DNA from: Mycoplasmatota bacterium
GTDB lineage: Bacteria > Bacillota_I > Bacilli_A > MAG-NZ
Assembly (NCBI GenBank): GCA_018394315.1
Contig: CP074575.1
Coordinates: forward strand, 1,272,615-1,336,614
Direction of reading: 5' to 3'
Length of the DNA: 64,000 bases
Shown: piece after piece, positions 41,125-51,761 of the stretch
Layout of the letters: every line of letters begins with the position of its first letter
Position numbering within the stretch: the first letter of the stretch is position 1
Notes under the pieces: generated by a model
Told to the model about the DNA's origin: nothing
Databases searched by the model: none
The model's input: only the letters and a program-made list of their open reading frames with translations
Made by a program: the position numbers and the translations under genes

Positions 41125-42063
41125 ATGGAAAACATACATTTGATTATAGGTGAAGACAAATACCGTATTGAGAAGAAATTAAAAGAACTAATAAAGGCTT
41201 TTGGTGTTGATGAGTTCAATGTAGTAACTTATGATATTGAAGAAACTAGTTTGAGCGAGGCTTTAACTGATGCGCAAACAGTACCTTTTATGTCGAGTAA
41301 AAAGGTTGTTATTATAAAGAATATTGATTTTAAATCTAAAGAGGAATTTGATGAAGAAAGTTTTATTAATTATTTAAAGAACCCTCCTACTTTCTGTGAG
41401 TTCATCATTGTTCCAAACAAGAAGTTGGATAATAAGACTAAATTGATAAAATTATTAAAAGAGAAATCTAAAGTCTATGAAATGAGTAACTTGGAGACAG
41501 AACAATTAGAAACTGCTGTTGTTAGGTATTTAGAAAAACGATCTATTAAAATTGAGAAGAAAGCATTGGATGAATTATTAGTCAGAACAGAACATAATAC
41601 TCATAAAGTTATGAACGAAATAACAAAATTTGGACATTATTACGCAGAAGGTGGAATTGTAACTTTAAGTGATGTTGAAGAGCTCGTATCTAAAAATGTA
41701 GAAGAAAGTGTATTTACGTTAACTAATGCAATAGTGGACCGTAAAAAAGATTTAGCTATGGACATCTATTATGATTTACTTCGAAGTGAAGATCCCACTA
41801 GACTAGTAAGTTTAATAATAAATAAATTTAGAGAACTAAACTATGCTAAAAACTTGATCACAAAGGGTTATAAGAAAGAAGATATTCAGAAGTTTTTTAA
41901 CGCTACTCCCGGTAGAACATATTATATTATGAAAAACGCTAAAGGGATTGGTTTAGAATATATTGAAGAGCAATTAGGTCATTTAAGTAAATTAGATTAT
42001 GATATAAAAAGAGGAGCCATCGATAAGAAGATTGGGCTCGAATTATATCTTTTAAGAATATAA
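41125..42063 (+). CDS. holA: DNA polymerase III delta subunit
   Basis: AQTVPFMSSKKVVII, VFTLTNAI, DYDIKRG..DK..LEL; between comEC and rpsT. Confidence 0.9.
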   Translation: MENIHLIIGEDKYRIEKKLKELIKAFGVDEFNVVTYDIEETSLSEALTDAQTVPFMSSKKVVIIKNIDFKSKEEFDEESFINYLKNPPTFCEFIIVPNKKLDNKTKLIKLLKEKSKVYEMSNLETEQLETAVVRYLEKRSIKIEKKALDELLVRTEHNTHKVMNEITKFGHYYAEGGIVTLSDVEELVSKNVEESVFTLTNAIVDRKKDLAMDIYYDLLRSEDPTRLVSLIINKFRELNYAKNLITKGYKKEDIQKFFNATPGRTYYIMKNAKGIGLEYIEEQLGHLSKLDYDIKRGAIDKKIGLELYLLRI

Positions 42064-42067
42064 GAAA

Positions 42068-42097
42068 AGAAAAAGTTGTCTTAGAACAACTTTTCTT
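42068..42097. terminator. bidirectional terminator between holA and rpsT
   Basis: AAAAGTTGT-cttaga-ACAACTTTT with A/T flanks between convergent genes. Confidence 0.7.
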
Positions 42098-42101
42098 ATG
42101 T

Positions 42102-42365
42102 TTATTTAATTGTATTAACTAATTTAGATAAGCGAGATTTTTGTCTTGCTACATAGTTCTTATGAGATAATCCTTTAGAAACAGATTTATCTAATTTTTT
42201 ATGTGCTATGTTATTTGCGCTAATTGCAGCTTCTAAGTTCTTTGTATCTACTGCTACTTCTACATCTTTAATAGCTGATTTTAATGATGATCTAAACGCA
42301 GCGTTACTTAGTCGCTTTTTCTCATTAGTTTTAATACGTTTTTTCTGTTGTTTGATATTAGCCAT
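42102..42365 (-). CDS. rpsT: 30S ribosomal protein S20
   Basis: MANIKQQKKR...HKNYVARQKSRL. Confidence 0.97.
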   Translation of the reverse strand: MANIKQQKKRIKTNEKKRLSNAAFRSSLKSAIKDVEVAVDTKNLEAAISANNIAHKKLDKSVSKGLSHKNYVARQKSRLSKLVNTIK

Positions 42366-42502
42366 TTTTCCACCTCCACACCTAACATTGATATTTTATC
42401 AAACTGATGTTAATAATGCAATACTTAAAGATAATATCATCATAACTATGAGGAATAATTTTTTTTTATATAGTAATAATATTCATAGAAAGGAAAGTGA
42501 TT

Positions 42503-43552
42503 ATGAAAGATATAGATTTAAGTAATTATCAACCTCGAACCGATTTAGCATACGAAGAAATTGAGGCAAGCGAAAGTAATACTGGAATAATGAACGAAGA
42601 ACTTCATATGGGAGAAGTGAAAATATATAAAACCAGTATTGATGAAAGAGGGGAACAGTTATTAGGTAAGAAGAAGGGATTATATCTTACTGTCGATACT
42701 ACAGGTGTTATAACACAGGACCATGATGAGTTAGTGAAAATTCAAGATGCTCTTGTCGAGACCCTCGGAATGATGTTTACTCATTTAAATATTGGTAAGG
42801 ATGATAAATGTCTGGTAATAGGGCTTGGAAATGATAAAGTAACTCCCGATGCTTTAGGACCCGTAGTTATTGAAAATATTCTAGTTACTAATCATATCTT
42901 TGAGATTCAACCAGAAAACGTTGAGGAAGGTTATAGACGTGTTTGTGGTGTAATACCAGGCGTAATGGGTGAAACGGGTATAGAAACATACGAGATTGTT
43001 GATGCAATTGCTAAGAGAGTTTCACCAGACTTTGTTGTTGTAGTTGATGCACTTGCTGCTAAGAGTATTAAAAGAGTTAACAAAACTATTCAAATTACAG
43101 ATACTGGGATACACCCTGGAAGTGGTGTTGGGAATAAGAGAAAAGAGATATCAAAAGAAACCCTAGGAGTTCCTGTAATAGCTATTGGCGTTCCTACAGT
43201 TGTAGATGCTGTATCGATTACTAGTGATACTATAGATTTTATATTAAAATACTTGGGTCAAGAAATGAATCCAGAACCAAAAGACTTATTGGTTACTTCT
43301 GCATCTAAAAGTATAAATTATGATGATTATACTCCAAAAGAAGAGGTTAAGAAACACTTTTTTGGCCACATCGGATTGCTTGAAGAAGAAGAGAAAAGAC
43401 AACTTATATATGAGGCACTTAGTCCAAGTGGATTTAATATGATGGTTACACCTAAGGAAGTTGATACAAACATAGAAGATTTAGGTATGATAATTTCTAA
43501 GTCATTAGATATAGTCTTACATGAACCCATAAAAGAAAACGCAACATCATAA
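42503..43552 (+). CDS. gpr: germination protease GPR
   Basis: RTDLA, GLGND.VTPDALGP, PGVMGETGIET, DALAA, TGIHPGSGVGNKR, IGVPTVVDA, MVTPKEVD; divergent from rpsT; sigma-G/F-like GAATA-N17-AATAATA at 42453-42481. Confidence 0.96.
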   Translation: MKDIDLSNYQPRTDLAYEEIEASESNTGIMNEELHMGEVKIYKTSIDERGEQLLGKKKGLYLTVDTTGVITQDHDELVKIQDALVETLGMMFTHLNIGKDDKCLVIGLGNDKVTPDALGPVVIENILVTNHIFEIQPENVEEGYRRVCGVIPGVMGETGIETYEIVDAIAKRVSPDFVVVVDALAAKSIKRVNKTIQITDTGIHPGSGVGNKRKEISKETLGVPVIAIGVPTVVDAVSITSDTIDFILKYLGQEMNPEPKDLLVTSASKSINYDDYTPKEEVKKHFFGHIGLLEEEEKRQLIYEALSPSGFNMMVTPKEVDTNIEDLGMIISKSLDIVLHEPIKENATS

Positions 43553-43564
43553 AATATATTGGTG

Positions 43565-43720
43565 ATGATTATTAAAAAGCTAATAATTACTTTAATAGTT
43601 TTATATGTATTCAAGGAATCTTTTATTGGAATAATAGTTCCAACTATAAAAGTATCAATTGATGATCTATTAACAAACCTTACGTCTTTGTTTGGTCCAG
43701 TTAATGTGATTTGGAGGTGA
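43565..43720 (+). CDS. small membrane peptide, 51 aa, in the spoIIP slot; not in ORF track
   Basis: MIIKKLIITLIVLYVFKESFIGIIVPTIKVSIDDLLTNLTSLFGPVNVIWR; start context weak; CCATAAA-N14-CATAAAAT sigma-E-like element at 43527-43555. Confidence 0.4.
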   Translation: MIIKKLIITLIVLYVFKESFIGIIVPTIKVSIDDLLTNLTSLFGPVNVIWR

Positions 43721-43742
43721 ACGGATTAATCAATCTAAAATT

Positions 43743-44015
43743 ATGGAATCTAGATTATTCAAGTATGTTGTTATTTTAGTAATCTTATTTATTGGAGTTT
43801 CTCTAGGAAATAATGATAATGATTTACAAAGTAAACTTGATAGGTTTGAGGAAGAAATTCAGCAACCGTATAACGAACATTCAGGTCAATCATTAGAGGT
43901 ATATGACACTAATGTTATGAATAGCCTTGCTAAGAAATCAGAAAATTTGTTGATGAATTCTTTAGATGTAATAAGAGATGTCGTTAATAGTGTTTTTGGC
44001 ACTTTATTTGGGTGA
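43743..44015 (+). CDS. YqxA/DUF3679-like small membrane protein
   Basis: N-terminal TM ending LFIGVSLG, amphipathic C-terminus, position downstream of gpr; GGAGGTGA lies 22 nt upstream, so the true start may be an in-frame ATT at 43725. Confidence 0.5.
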   Translation: MESRLFKYVVILVILFIGVSLGNNDNDLQSKLDRFEEEIQQPYNEHSGQSLEVYDTNVMNSLAKKSENLLMNSLDVIRDVVNSVFGTLFG

Positions 44016-44064
44016 TTTTGGTTTCTATTCCTCTATGAATATGCTATAATTTATTTTAGAGGAG

Positions 44065-44622
44065 TTGATTATTTTGACTTTACCAAATAAACTAACTTTA
44101 TTGAGAATATTACTAATTCCTTTAATAGTAATAGTCTATTACGCATTTACATTTGAACAAGAAATTTTAAGAGTTAATTTGAAATATTTTATAATTGTTA
44201 TTATATTTACAATAGCATCAATTACAGATTTTTTAGATGGATATATAGCTAGAAAATATAATTTAGTAACTACATTTGGAAAATTTATTGACCCACTTGC
44301 GGACAAGCTCTTAGTAATGTCGACACTAGTGATTTTAGCAGATGCTAGATTAATATATGGTTGGTTAGTAATAACGATTTTATCAAGAGAATTTATTGTG
44401 TCAGGTATTAGACTAGTGGCTGTTTCTGAAGGAAAAGTTATAGCTGCAAGCAAGTTAGGTAAGTATAAAACTGCAGTTACAATGATAGCTATTATTTTAT
44501 GTTTTATTAGCCCACTATATGTTGTTGGTAACTATTTAATGTATCTTGCGCTTATTTTAACAATCGTATCAGGACTTGATTACACAGTTAAGAATAAAAA
44601 AATAATATTGTTATCGAAATAG
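44065..44622 (+). CDS. pgsA: CDP-diacylglycerol--glycerol-3-phosphate 3-phosphatidyltransferase
   Basis: LPNKLTLLRI, TDFLDGYIAR, FGKFIDPLADK, REFIVSGIR. Confidence 0.95.
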   Translation: MIILTLPNKLTLLRILLIPLIVIVYYAFTFEQEILRVNLKYFIIVIIFTIASITDFLDGYIARKYNLVTTFGKFIDPLADKLLVMSTLVILADARLIYGWLVITILSREFIVSGIRLVAVSEGKVIAASKLGKYKTAVTMIAIILCFISPLYVVGNYLMYLALILTIVSGLDYTVKNKKIILLSK

Positions 44623-44666
44623 TAAAATCATAATAGCATATAAGTATTTATTATAGGGGGATAACT

Positions 44667-45656
44667 ATGAGTGATAAACGCACAAAAGCTTTAGAAGAAG
44701 CAATGAAGCAAATAGAGAAACAATATGGAAAAGGTTCTGTAATGAAGTTGGGAGAAAAATCTTCAATTGACATAGAAGCAATTTCAAGTGGATCTATTTT
44801 ATTGGATAATGCATTAGGTATTGGTGGATACCCTAAGGGAAGAATTATTGAAGTGTTTGGTCCGGAAAGTTCAGGTAAAACAACTTTCGCACTACATGCT
44901 ATTGCGGAAGCGCAAAAAGTTGGAGGAAACGCGGCGTTCATTGATGCAGAGCATGCATTAGATCCATTATATGCGTCTAAACTAGGAGTTAATATCGAAG
45001 AGCTATTATTATCTCAACCAGATACAGGTGAGCAAGGACTAGAAATTGCGGAAGCATTGATAAGAAGTGGAGCAATCGATATTTTAGTTGTCGACTCTGT
45101 GGCTGCATTAGTTCCGGAACAAGAGATTCAAGGTGACATGGGTGCATCTCATGTTGGGTTACAAGCAAGGCTTATGTCTCAAGCTATGAGAAAATTATCA
45201 GGAGTTATTAGTAAGTCCAACACCATTGCAATTTTTATTAATCAAATAAGGGAAAAGGTTGGAATTATGTTCGGTAGTCCTGAAACTACTCCGGGTGGTA
45301 GAGCACTAAAGTTCTATTCTACTATCAGGTTAGATATTAGAAGAGGTGAAACTCTTAAGATAGGAACTGACATTGTAGGTAACAAAGCAAGAGTTAAGGT
45401 TGTTAAGAATAAAGTTGCTCCACCATTTAAAATGATTGAAGTCGATATTATTTATGGTAGAGGAATCTCTAAGTCTGGAGAGGTACTTGATTTAGCTGTA
45501 CAAATGGATATTGTGGAGAAGAGCGGTTCTTGGTTTTCATACAATGGAGATAAAATTGGTCAAGGTAGAGAAAATGTTAAAAACTACTTAGAGGAAAGTA
45601 ATCATATATTAGAAGAAATAGAAAAGAAGGTAAGAGAATCAATGAAAGAGCAATAA
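44667..45656 (+). CDS. recA: recombinase RecA
   Basis: [33 protein letters not shown]. Confidence 0.99.
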   Translation: MSDKRTKALEEAMKQIEKQYGKGSVMKLGEKSSIDIEAISSGSILLDNALGIGGYPKGRIIEVFGPESSGKTTFALHAIAEAQKVGGNAAFIDAEHALDPLYASKLGVNIEELLLSQPDTGEQGLEIAEALIRSGAIDILVVDSVAALVPEQEIQGDMGASHVGLQARLMSQAMRKLSGVISKSNTIAIFINQIREKVGIMFGSPETTPGGRALKFYSTIRLDIRRGETLKIGTDIVGNKARVKVVKNKVAPPFKMIEVDIIYGRGISKSGEVLDLAVQMDIVEKSGSWFSYNGDKIGQGRENVKNYLEESNHILEEIEKKVRESMKEQ

Positions 45657-46017
45657 TTAGTATTGCTCTTTTTATGTGGTAAAATCTGGTAAATTGGATA
45701 TTAAAAATCTTATTTATAAACCAATCATACATTATTTTTCATTAAACTAATCTATTAATCTTCTAAGGAAGATAGGAGTCTATGAATGATTCGATTAAAG
45801 GAGATTCAATGATTGAATCATCGGTTTCTTTTTAAAACTGGAGAAAAACACTTGGGAAATTGAATTCAATTTTGATTACAGTGGCAGTGAAAGTCAGAAT
45901 TCTAACTATTTGATAAAAGAAAATGACTATTAGCGAAGAACTTACTATTATAGAGCGAAATGAAATACTGTACGTATAATACACTTGAAAGCAATACCTG
46001 ATATTGCTTTTTTTTGA

Positions 46018-46046
46018 TTGCCTTTTATCGTTATCTTAGATATAAT
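46018..46046 (+). promoter_or_regulatory. sigma-A promoter for rny
   Basis: TTGCCT-N17-TATAAT, just after a terminator-like hairpin at 45988-46015. Confidence 0.6.
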
Positions 46047-46111
46047 ATGATTGTGCCTTAAATTGGGGAAACCCAAATTTCATAGAAATAGTAAATTGGA
46101 GGTGTTCATTT

Positions 46112-47668
46112 ATGGACTATGATATTATCTTCATTTTACTAGGATTATTATTTGGTTCTATCATTGGGATAGTTACAAAATCTATTATAGATGCAAGAAG
46201 TATTAATAATGCAAAGAAAACTTCTCAGAAAATCTTAGATACCGCTAAGAGAGAAGCTGATAAAAATAGACGTGAATCGATAATTGAATTAAAGCAGGAG
46301 ATTCATACTTTGAAGGTAGATGCTGATCGAGATATCAAAGCACGTTTTAAGGTGTTAACTGAGAGTGAAAATAGATTAAGTAAAAGAGAAGAGCGATTAG
46401 ATGCTAGAGTTACTAACTTAGATAAAAGAGAATCTATGTTAAATAATAAGGAGCATCAAATAGAATCTAAAAAATCTGAACTAGATGAAAAGAATAGTAA
46501 GATGCAAGCCATATTGTTGCGTGAAGAAGAAAAATTAGTCGAAATTTCAAAGATGAGTACAGAGCAGGCACGAGTACTTATTATGAACAAAGTTGAGAAT
46601 AAAATGTCTTTGGAAATCGCAGCATATATAAAAGAAGCTGAAACTGAAGCTAAAAGAACTGCTGATAAGAAATCTCAGACATTACTTGCAAATGCCATAA
46701 TGCAATATGCAAATGATGCTACTAGTGAGAAAACAGTTTCTGTAATTACCCTACCTAACGATGAAATGAAGGGTCGTATTATAGGTAGAGAGGGTAGAAA
46801 TATTAGAACGATTGAGTCTTTAACTGGTGTTGATTTAATAATTGATGATACTCCTGAAGCTGTAGTGTTATCAAGTTTTGATCCAATTAGAAGAGAAATC
46901 GCTAGAAAGACTTTGCAAACATTAGTTGCGGATGGACGAATTCATCCAGGTAGAATTGAAGAGATAGTGGAAAAATCAAGAAAAGAAGTTGATAGTGAAA
47001 TCCGTGAAGCTGGAGAAGAAGCGGTATTCACAACGGGGATAGGTAAAGTTCATCCAGATTTAATTAAGTTGATTGGTAGATTGAAGTTTAGAACAAGTTA
47101 TGGACAAAATGTACTAAAACACTCTATTGAGACAGCGTTTTTTACTGGAAAGTTAGCTGCTGAGTTAGGTGAGAATGAAATTTTAGCCAGAAGAGCAGGA
47201 TTACTGCATGATATTGGAAAAGCTATTGATCACGAGATAGAAGGTAGCCATATTGAAATTGGAACTGATTTGGCGAAAAGATATAAAGAAAAACCTGAAG
47301 TTATTAATTCAATTGCTTCACACCATGGAGATACAGAACCTACTTCTGTAATAGCAGTTTTAGTTGCTGCAAGTGACAAACTAAGTGCTGCAAGACCTGG
47401 TGCAAGAAGTGAGTCTTTAGAAAATTATTTAAAGAGACTTCAACAGTTAGAAGAAATATCTAATGATTTTGATGGAGTTGAAAAATCATTTGCTATCCAG
47501 GCGGGTAGAGAAATTAGAGTTATCGTTAAACCTGAAAAAATAGATGACTTAAAGACATATAAAATTGCTCGAGATATAAAAGAACAAATTGAAGAAAAAA
47601 TGTCTTATCCAGGTACTATTAAAGTAACTGTAGTTCGTGAAACAAGAGCGGTTGATATTGCAAAATAA
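46112..47668 (+). CDS. rny: ribonuclease Y
   Basis: N-terminal TM, coiled coil, KH ([13 protein letters not shown]), HD (LLHDIGK), SAARPGAR. Confidence 0.97.
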   Translation: MDYDIIFILLGLLFGSIIGIVTKSIIDARSINNAKKTSQKILDTAKREADKNRRESIIELKQEIHTLKVDADRDIKARFKVLTESENRLSKREERLDARVTNLDKRESMLNNKEHQIESKKSELDEKNSKMQAILLREEEKLVEISKMSTEQARVLIMNKVENKMSLEIAAYIKEAETEAKRTADKKSQTLLANAIMQYANDATSEKTVSVITLPNDEMKGRIIGREGRNIRTIESLTGVDLIIDDTPEAVVLSSFDPIRREIARKTLQTLVADGRIHPGRIEEIVEKSRKEVDSEIREAGEEAVFTTGIGKVHPDLIKLIGRLKFRTSYGQNVLKHSIETAFFTGKLAAELGENEILARRAGLLHDIGKAIDHEIEGSHIEIGTDLAKRYKEKPEVINSIASHHGDTEPTSVIAVLVAASDKLSAARPGARSESLENYLKRLQQLEEISNDFDGVEKSFAIQAGREIRVIVKPEKIDDLKTYKIARDIKEQIEEKMSYPGTIKVTVVRETRAVDIAK

Positions 47669-47722
47669 GATGTAGCCTTCCCTGTGGAAGGCTTTACTTA
47701 AAAAAACAGAAAGCGTGATTTA

Positions 47723-48499
47723 ATGAAAATACTATTTTTAGGTGATGTAGTAGGAAGTCTTGGTAGAAAAGCACTTGATGATTATCTTCCTGAGATTAGA
47801 AAAGAGCACAATATAAATTTAGTAATAGCTAATGGGGAGAATGCTTCTCATGGTCGAGGAATAACAAAGAAAATTTATAAATGGTTTTTAGAAAATGGTG
47901 TATCTGCTGTAACTATGGGAAATCATACATGGCATAATCCTGATATATTTAATTTTATTGATGAAGCAAGTAAATTAGTTGTCCCTTTGAATTACCCGAA
48001 CGGTACTCCCGGGAAGGGAGTAATTACATTCAAGTATAACAATATTTCAATATCAGTAGTCTCTCTTATTGGAATGATATATATGCAAGGAACTGTGAAA
48101 TGTCCTTTTCAAACAATGGACGATATACTCGAAGAAATAGACAGTGATATAATCATAGTTGATTTCCATGCGGAAGCTACTAGCGAGAAAATAGCTTTGG
48201 GACATTATCTAGATGGACGTATTACTGCGCTTATAGGAACACATACACATGTTCCTACAATAGATGCTAGAATTCTCCCTAATGGAACTGCTTATCAATC
48301 TGATGCGGGAATGAATGGTGCATTAGATGGCATTATAGGAGTTGAAAGAGAAGGAATTATAAGAAGATTTAAGACAGGCTTACCAACTCGTTTCCAACCA
48401 ATAGAATCCGGAAGAGTACAATTTAACGGTACAATAGTCGATATTGATGATTCACAGCACAATGCGACAAATATCTACACGGTAAATATTGTAAGATAA
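47723..48499 (+). CDS. ymdB: YmdB family metallophosphoesterase
   Basis: GDVVG, NGEN, TMGNH, VDFHAEATSEK, GTHTH. Confidence 0.95.
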   Translation: MKILFLGDVVGSLGRKALDDYLPEIRKEHNINLVIANGENASHGRGITKKIYKWFLENGVSAVTMGNHTWHNPDIFNFIDEASKLVVPLNYPNGTPGKGVITFKYNNISISVVSLIGMIYMQGTVKCPFQTMDDILEEIDSDIIIVDFHAEATSEKIALGHYLDGRITALIGTHTHVPTIDARILPNGTAYQSDAGMNGALDGIIGVEREGIIRRFKTGLPTRFQPIESGRVQFNGTIVDIDDSQHNATNIYTVNIVR

Positions 48500-48561
48500 G
48501 GTATAAATACTATTTATTAAGAATAATATTTAATATCTTATAGGAATGAGGAGGAGTTAAA

Positions 48562-48822
48562 GTGGAAGTATTAAAAGTATCAAGTAAGTCTAAACCAAAT
48601 TCAGTTGCTGGAGCATTAGCAAATGCATTTAGAGAACGTGGTATTGTTGAAATTCAAGCAGTAGGAGCTGCGGCGTTGAATCAAGCAGTAAAAGCAGTAG
48701 CGATAGCTAGAGGTTACGTTGCACCGACAGGAAAGGATTTAATTTGTATACCAGCTTTTTCCGATATTATTATTGATGGGGAAGAGCGTACTGCAATTAA
48801 GTTAATAATTCAATCAAGATAA
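48562..48822 (+). CDS. spoVS: stage V sporulation protein S
   Basis: MEVLKVSSKSKPNSVAGALA...QAVKAVAIARG; sigma-H-like AAGGTATA...GAAT element at about 48498-48524. Confidence 0.96.
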   Translation: MEVLKVSSKSKPNSVAGALANAFRERGIVEIQAVGAAALNQAVKAVAIARGYVAPTGKDLICIPAFSDIIIDGEERTAIKLIIQSR

Positions 48823-48911
48823 TTAGTTGGCAAGTTGCCAACTTTTTTTTTTGATTGAAAAAAATGATAAAAAAGGATAGAATAAATATATGTATAGCAA
48901 GGAGTGTATCT

Positions 48912-50186
48912 ATGAAAGTAGCAAAGAACATTATAATACTTATTTTATTAAGTTTATTTATAAGAAATTCATTTGATGTGTCGGCTGAAGGTCCATATAC
49001 AGTTACGTTTTTAGATTGGAATGGTAAAGAAATTAGAGTTCAAACAGTTGAGGATGGAGATTCAGCTATTTATTTCGAAGCATTTAGAATTGGACATGAG
49101 TTTGTCGAATGGGATCAGTCACTAGTTAATGTAACTAGCGATATGACTGTTTATGCGGTATATGAGCCGATTGAATATGTTGTTGTATTATTAAATTATG
49201 ATGGAACAATAATAAAGTCTGAAAAAATTCCTTACGGTACAATTTTAGAGCCAGAAGATCCAGATGAAAGAGAAGGATATACTTTTGTTGGCTGGTCACC
49301 TGAAGATATGAAAATCACTGGTGATGTATTTTATAACGCAATCTACGAAGAGACTAAACCGGAAGTACCTGACATACCTGAAGAACCAATTTTGATTGAG
49401 GAAGTAAACATTTCATTAGAGGAAATATTAGTATCTTCAAGCGACCTAGTAATAGCTGAGGTTAGGAATCCTGTATTAATTGAGAAAATTGATCAGATTA
49501 ATAAGTATACTTCTGATAGTAAAGTGATTTTTCCGGAGTTGGTTGTTAGTGATGAAATAGGTGCATCTGTAAAAGTATTTAATAATTCAATAGAAAAGGC
49601 GCTCGAGAAGGAAGTTTCGTTTGATATTAACTTAGGCTTTATTGATATATTAATTAATTCAGCTAACTTAGCTAAAGCGATTGATATTGATGCAGAAAAT
49701 GTTGTATTCAAAGTACAAGAGTCAAGTATTCCTATAAAGCCATTATATAATGTACAAAATATGCAAGGAGAGTCTGTCGACACACCTGTTGAAATAGAGA
49801 TTTTATATAATGATAATCAATCATTTTCGGATGATATAATAATTGAGGTTACAGTTTCACCACTAGACGAAGATGGATTATACGCTGGAGTAGAACCTAC
49901 TGAAGTATCTTTTGTAGAGTATGATGAGGAAAATAATACATACAAAATAATATCTTCTGAGTATGACAGTATAAACAAAGAGTTTAAGATGACTCTTTCT
50001 AAAAGTTCTGTTATTATTCCTATGAAGCTAACTGCAAGTCAAGTTATCGAACCGGATGATTTTAGTTTTATAGATTTTATACTAGATTTAGATCAATATA
50101 TTCTATATATTATAGGTTTTGGATCATTTGTTGTTGTATATGCTATAGTATATATTTATGAGTATTTAAGACAAAAAAAATTATAA
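48912..50186 (+). CDS. surface protein with two InlB B/Listeria-Bacteroides-type repeats and a C-terminal TM anchor
   Basis: signal peptide ending VSA-E; YTVTF..WNG...GHEFVEW...TVYAVY and YVVVL.NYDG...REGYTFVGW...AIY repeats; hydrophobic tail plus RQKKL. Confidence 0.7.
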   Translation: MKVAKNIIILILLSLFIRNSFDVSAEGPYTVTFLDWNGKEIRVQTVEDGDSAIYFEAFRIGHEFVEWDQSLVNVTSDMTVYAVYEPIEYVVVLLNYDGTIIKSEKIPYGTILEPEDPDEREGYTFVGWSPEDMKITGDVFYNAIYEETKPEVPDIPEEPILIEEVNISLEEILVSSSDLVIAEVRNPVLIEKIDQINKYTSDSKVIFPELVVSDEIGASVKVFNNSIEKALEKEVSFDINLGFIDILINSANLAKAIDIDAENVVFKVQESSIPIKPLYNVQNMQGESVDTPVEIEILYNDNQSFSDDIIIEVTVSPLDEDGLYAGVEPTEVSFVEYDEENNTYKIISSEYDSINKEFKMTLSKSSVIIPMKLTASQVIEPDDFSFIDFILDLDQYILYIIGFGSFVVVYAIVYIYEYLRQKKL

Positions 50187-50231
50187 TTAAAACGAACAAC
50201 CAGTTCGTTTTAATTTGTTTGGAGGAAACTT

Positions 50232-51665
50232 ATGAAAGACTACGGAAAATATTTTAAAACTCCATCTATAGATGATGCAAGGAAAAGAGTTAAGGGTTCA
50301 GAAGTAATTGATTTTAAATTAAGTGATCAATTCTTGAACTTTGGAAAAGAAAAAAAATATGTGATTCAAACATACGGTTGTCAAGGTAATGAAGCTGATT
50401 CTGAAAGGATGTCTGGAATACTAGAAAAAATGTCTTTTACAGAAGCAAATGATTTAAGTGAAGCTGACATAATATTACTAAATACATGTGCAATAAGGGG
50501 TAATGCAGAAAATCGCGTTTTTGGTGAAATGGGAAGACTGAAGTCATTTAAAAGAAATAATCCTAATTTATTACTAGGAGTATGTGGATGCATGCCACAA
50601 GAAGAATCTGTTGTTAATAAATTATTAAAACAATACCCATATGTTGATCTTATTTTTGGGACGCACAACATTCATAAGATACCTGAATATTTATATACAG
50701 CTTATTTAGATAAAGAACGTGTAGTTGAAGTTTATTCAAGCGAAGGCGATATTGTTGAAGACATTCCCAAAATCAGAGATAATAAACATAAGGCATGGAT
50801 AAACATAATGTATGGTTGTGATGAGTTTTGTACGTATTGTATTGTACCTTATACAAGAGGTAGGGAAAGAAGTAGGAAACCGGCTGCTATTTTAGCTGAA
50901 GTTGTAAAATTAGTTGAAGATGGTTATCAAGAAATAACGTTACTTGGACAAAACGTGAATGCCTATGGGCAAGATTTAGAATCAGGTTATTCTTTCGCAG
51001 ACTTACTTAGAGATTTAAATGATACTGGAATTAATAGAATTAGGTTTACGACATCACATCCAAGAGATTTAAATGAGGATACAATAAAAGCTATGGCAGA
51101 TTGTGATCACGTTATGGAGCATCTTCATTTACCCGTTCAATCTGGTAGCGATTCAATATTGAAAAAGATGAATAGAAAGTATACAAGAGAGGATTATTTA
51201 AAATTAGTTAAACAACTAAAAGCACATATCCCTGATATTTCGATAACTACTGACATTATAGTGGGATTTCCCAATGAGTCTGAAGATGACTTTTTAGAGA
51301 CATTATCTTTAGTAAAGGAAGTAGGTTTTGAAGGAGCATTTACATTCATCTATTCAAAACGAGAAGGAACACCAGCCGCTAAGTATGAAGATGATGTACC
51401 AGAAGATGAAAAGAAAAGACGTTTATATCGACTTAATGATGTTACTAATGATGGTTACTTAAACGGAAATAAGAGATTTGAAAATACTATCGTTGAAGTA
51501 TTAGTGGATTCAGTAAGTAAAAATGACAAAGAAAAACTAAGTGGATATAGTAGACATAATAAATTAGTTAATTTTACTGGTAATGAAGAATCCATAGGAA
51601 AAATTGTCAAAGTTAGGATATTAGAAGCAAAAACTTGGCATTTATTAGGAGAAGAAGTTAACTGA
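50232..51665 (+). CDS. miaB: tRNA methylthiotransferase MiaB
   Basis: TYGCQ, NTCAIR, GCDEFCTYCIVP, HLPVQSGS, TDIIVGFP, TRAM domain. Confidence 0.97.
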   Translation: MKDYGKYFKTPSIDDARKRVKGSEVIDFKLSDQFLNFGKEKKYVIQTYGCQGNEADSERMSGILEKMSFTEANDLSEADIILLNTCAIRGNAENRVFGEMGRLKSFKRNNPNLLLGVCGCMPQEESVVNKLLKQYPYVDLIFGTHNIHKIPEYLYTAYLDKERVVEVYSSEGDIVEDIPKIRDNKHKAWINIMYGCDEFCTYCIVPYTRGRERSRKPAAILAEVVKLVEDGYQEITLLGQNVNAYGQDLESGYSFADLLRDLNDTGINRIRFTTSHPRDLNEDTIKAMADCDHVMEHLHLPVQSGSDSILKKMNRKYTREDYLKLVKQLKAHIPDISITTDIIVGFPNESEDDFLETLSLVKEVGFEGAFTFIYSKREGTPAAKYEDDVPEDEKKRRLYRLNDVTNDGYLNGNKRFENTIVEVLVDSVSKNDKEKLSGYSRHNKLVNFTGNEESIGKIVKVRILEAKTWHLLGEEVN

Positions 51666-51761
51666 TTTAATATTATTTCATACAATAATTGAGCCTAAAG
51701 GCTCTTTTTTTGTTGTTTAGCATAATATAGAGTGAGGTAAAATATATGAGGAGGGATTTCA

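Noticed and set aside
51679..51728. CATACAAT as the cotE sigma-E promoter
   Set aside because: No matching -35, and it lies upstream of the miaB terminator hairpin; a second CATAATAT at 51721 also lacks a clear -35.
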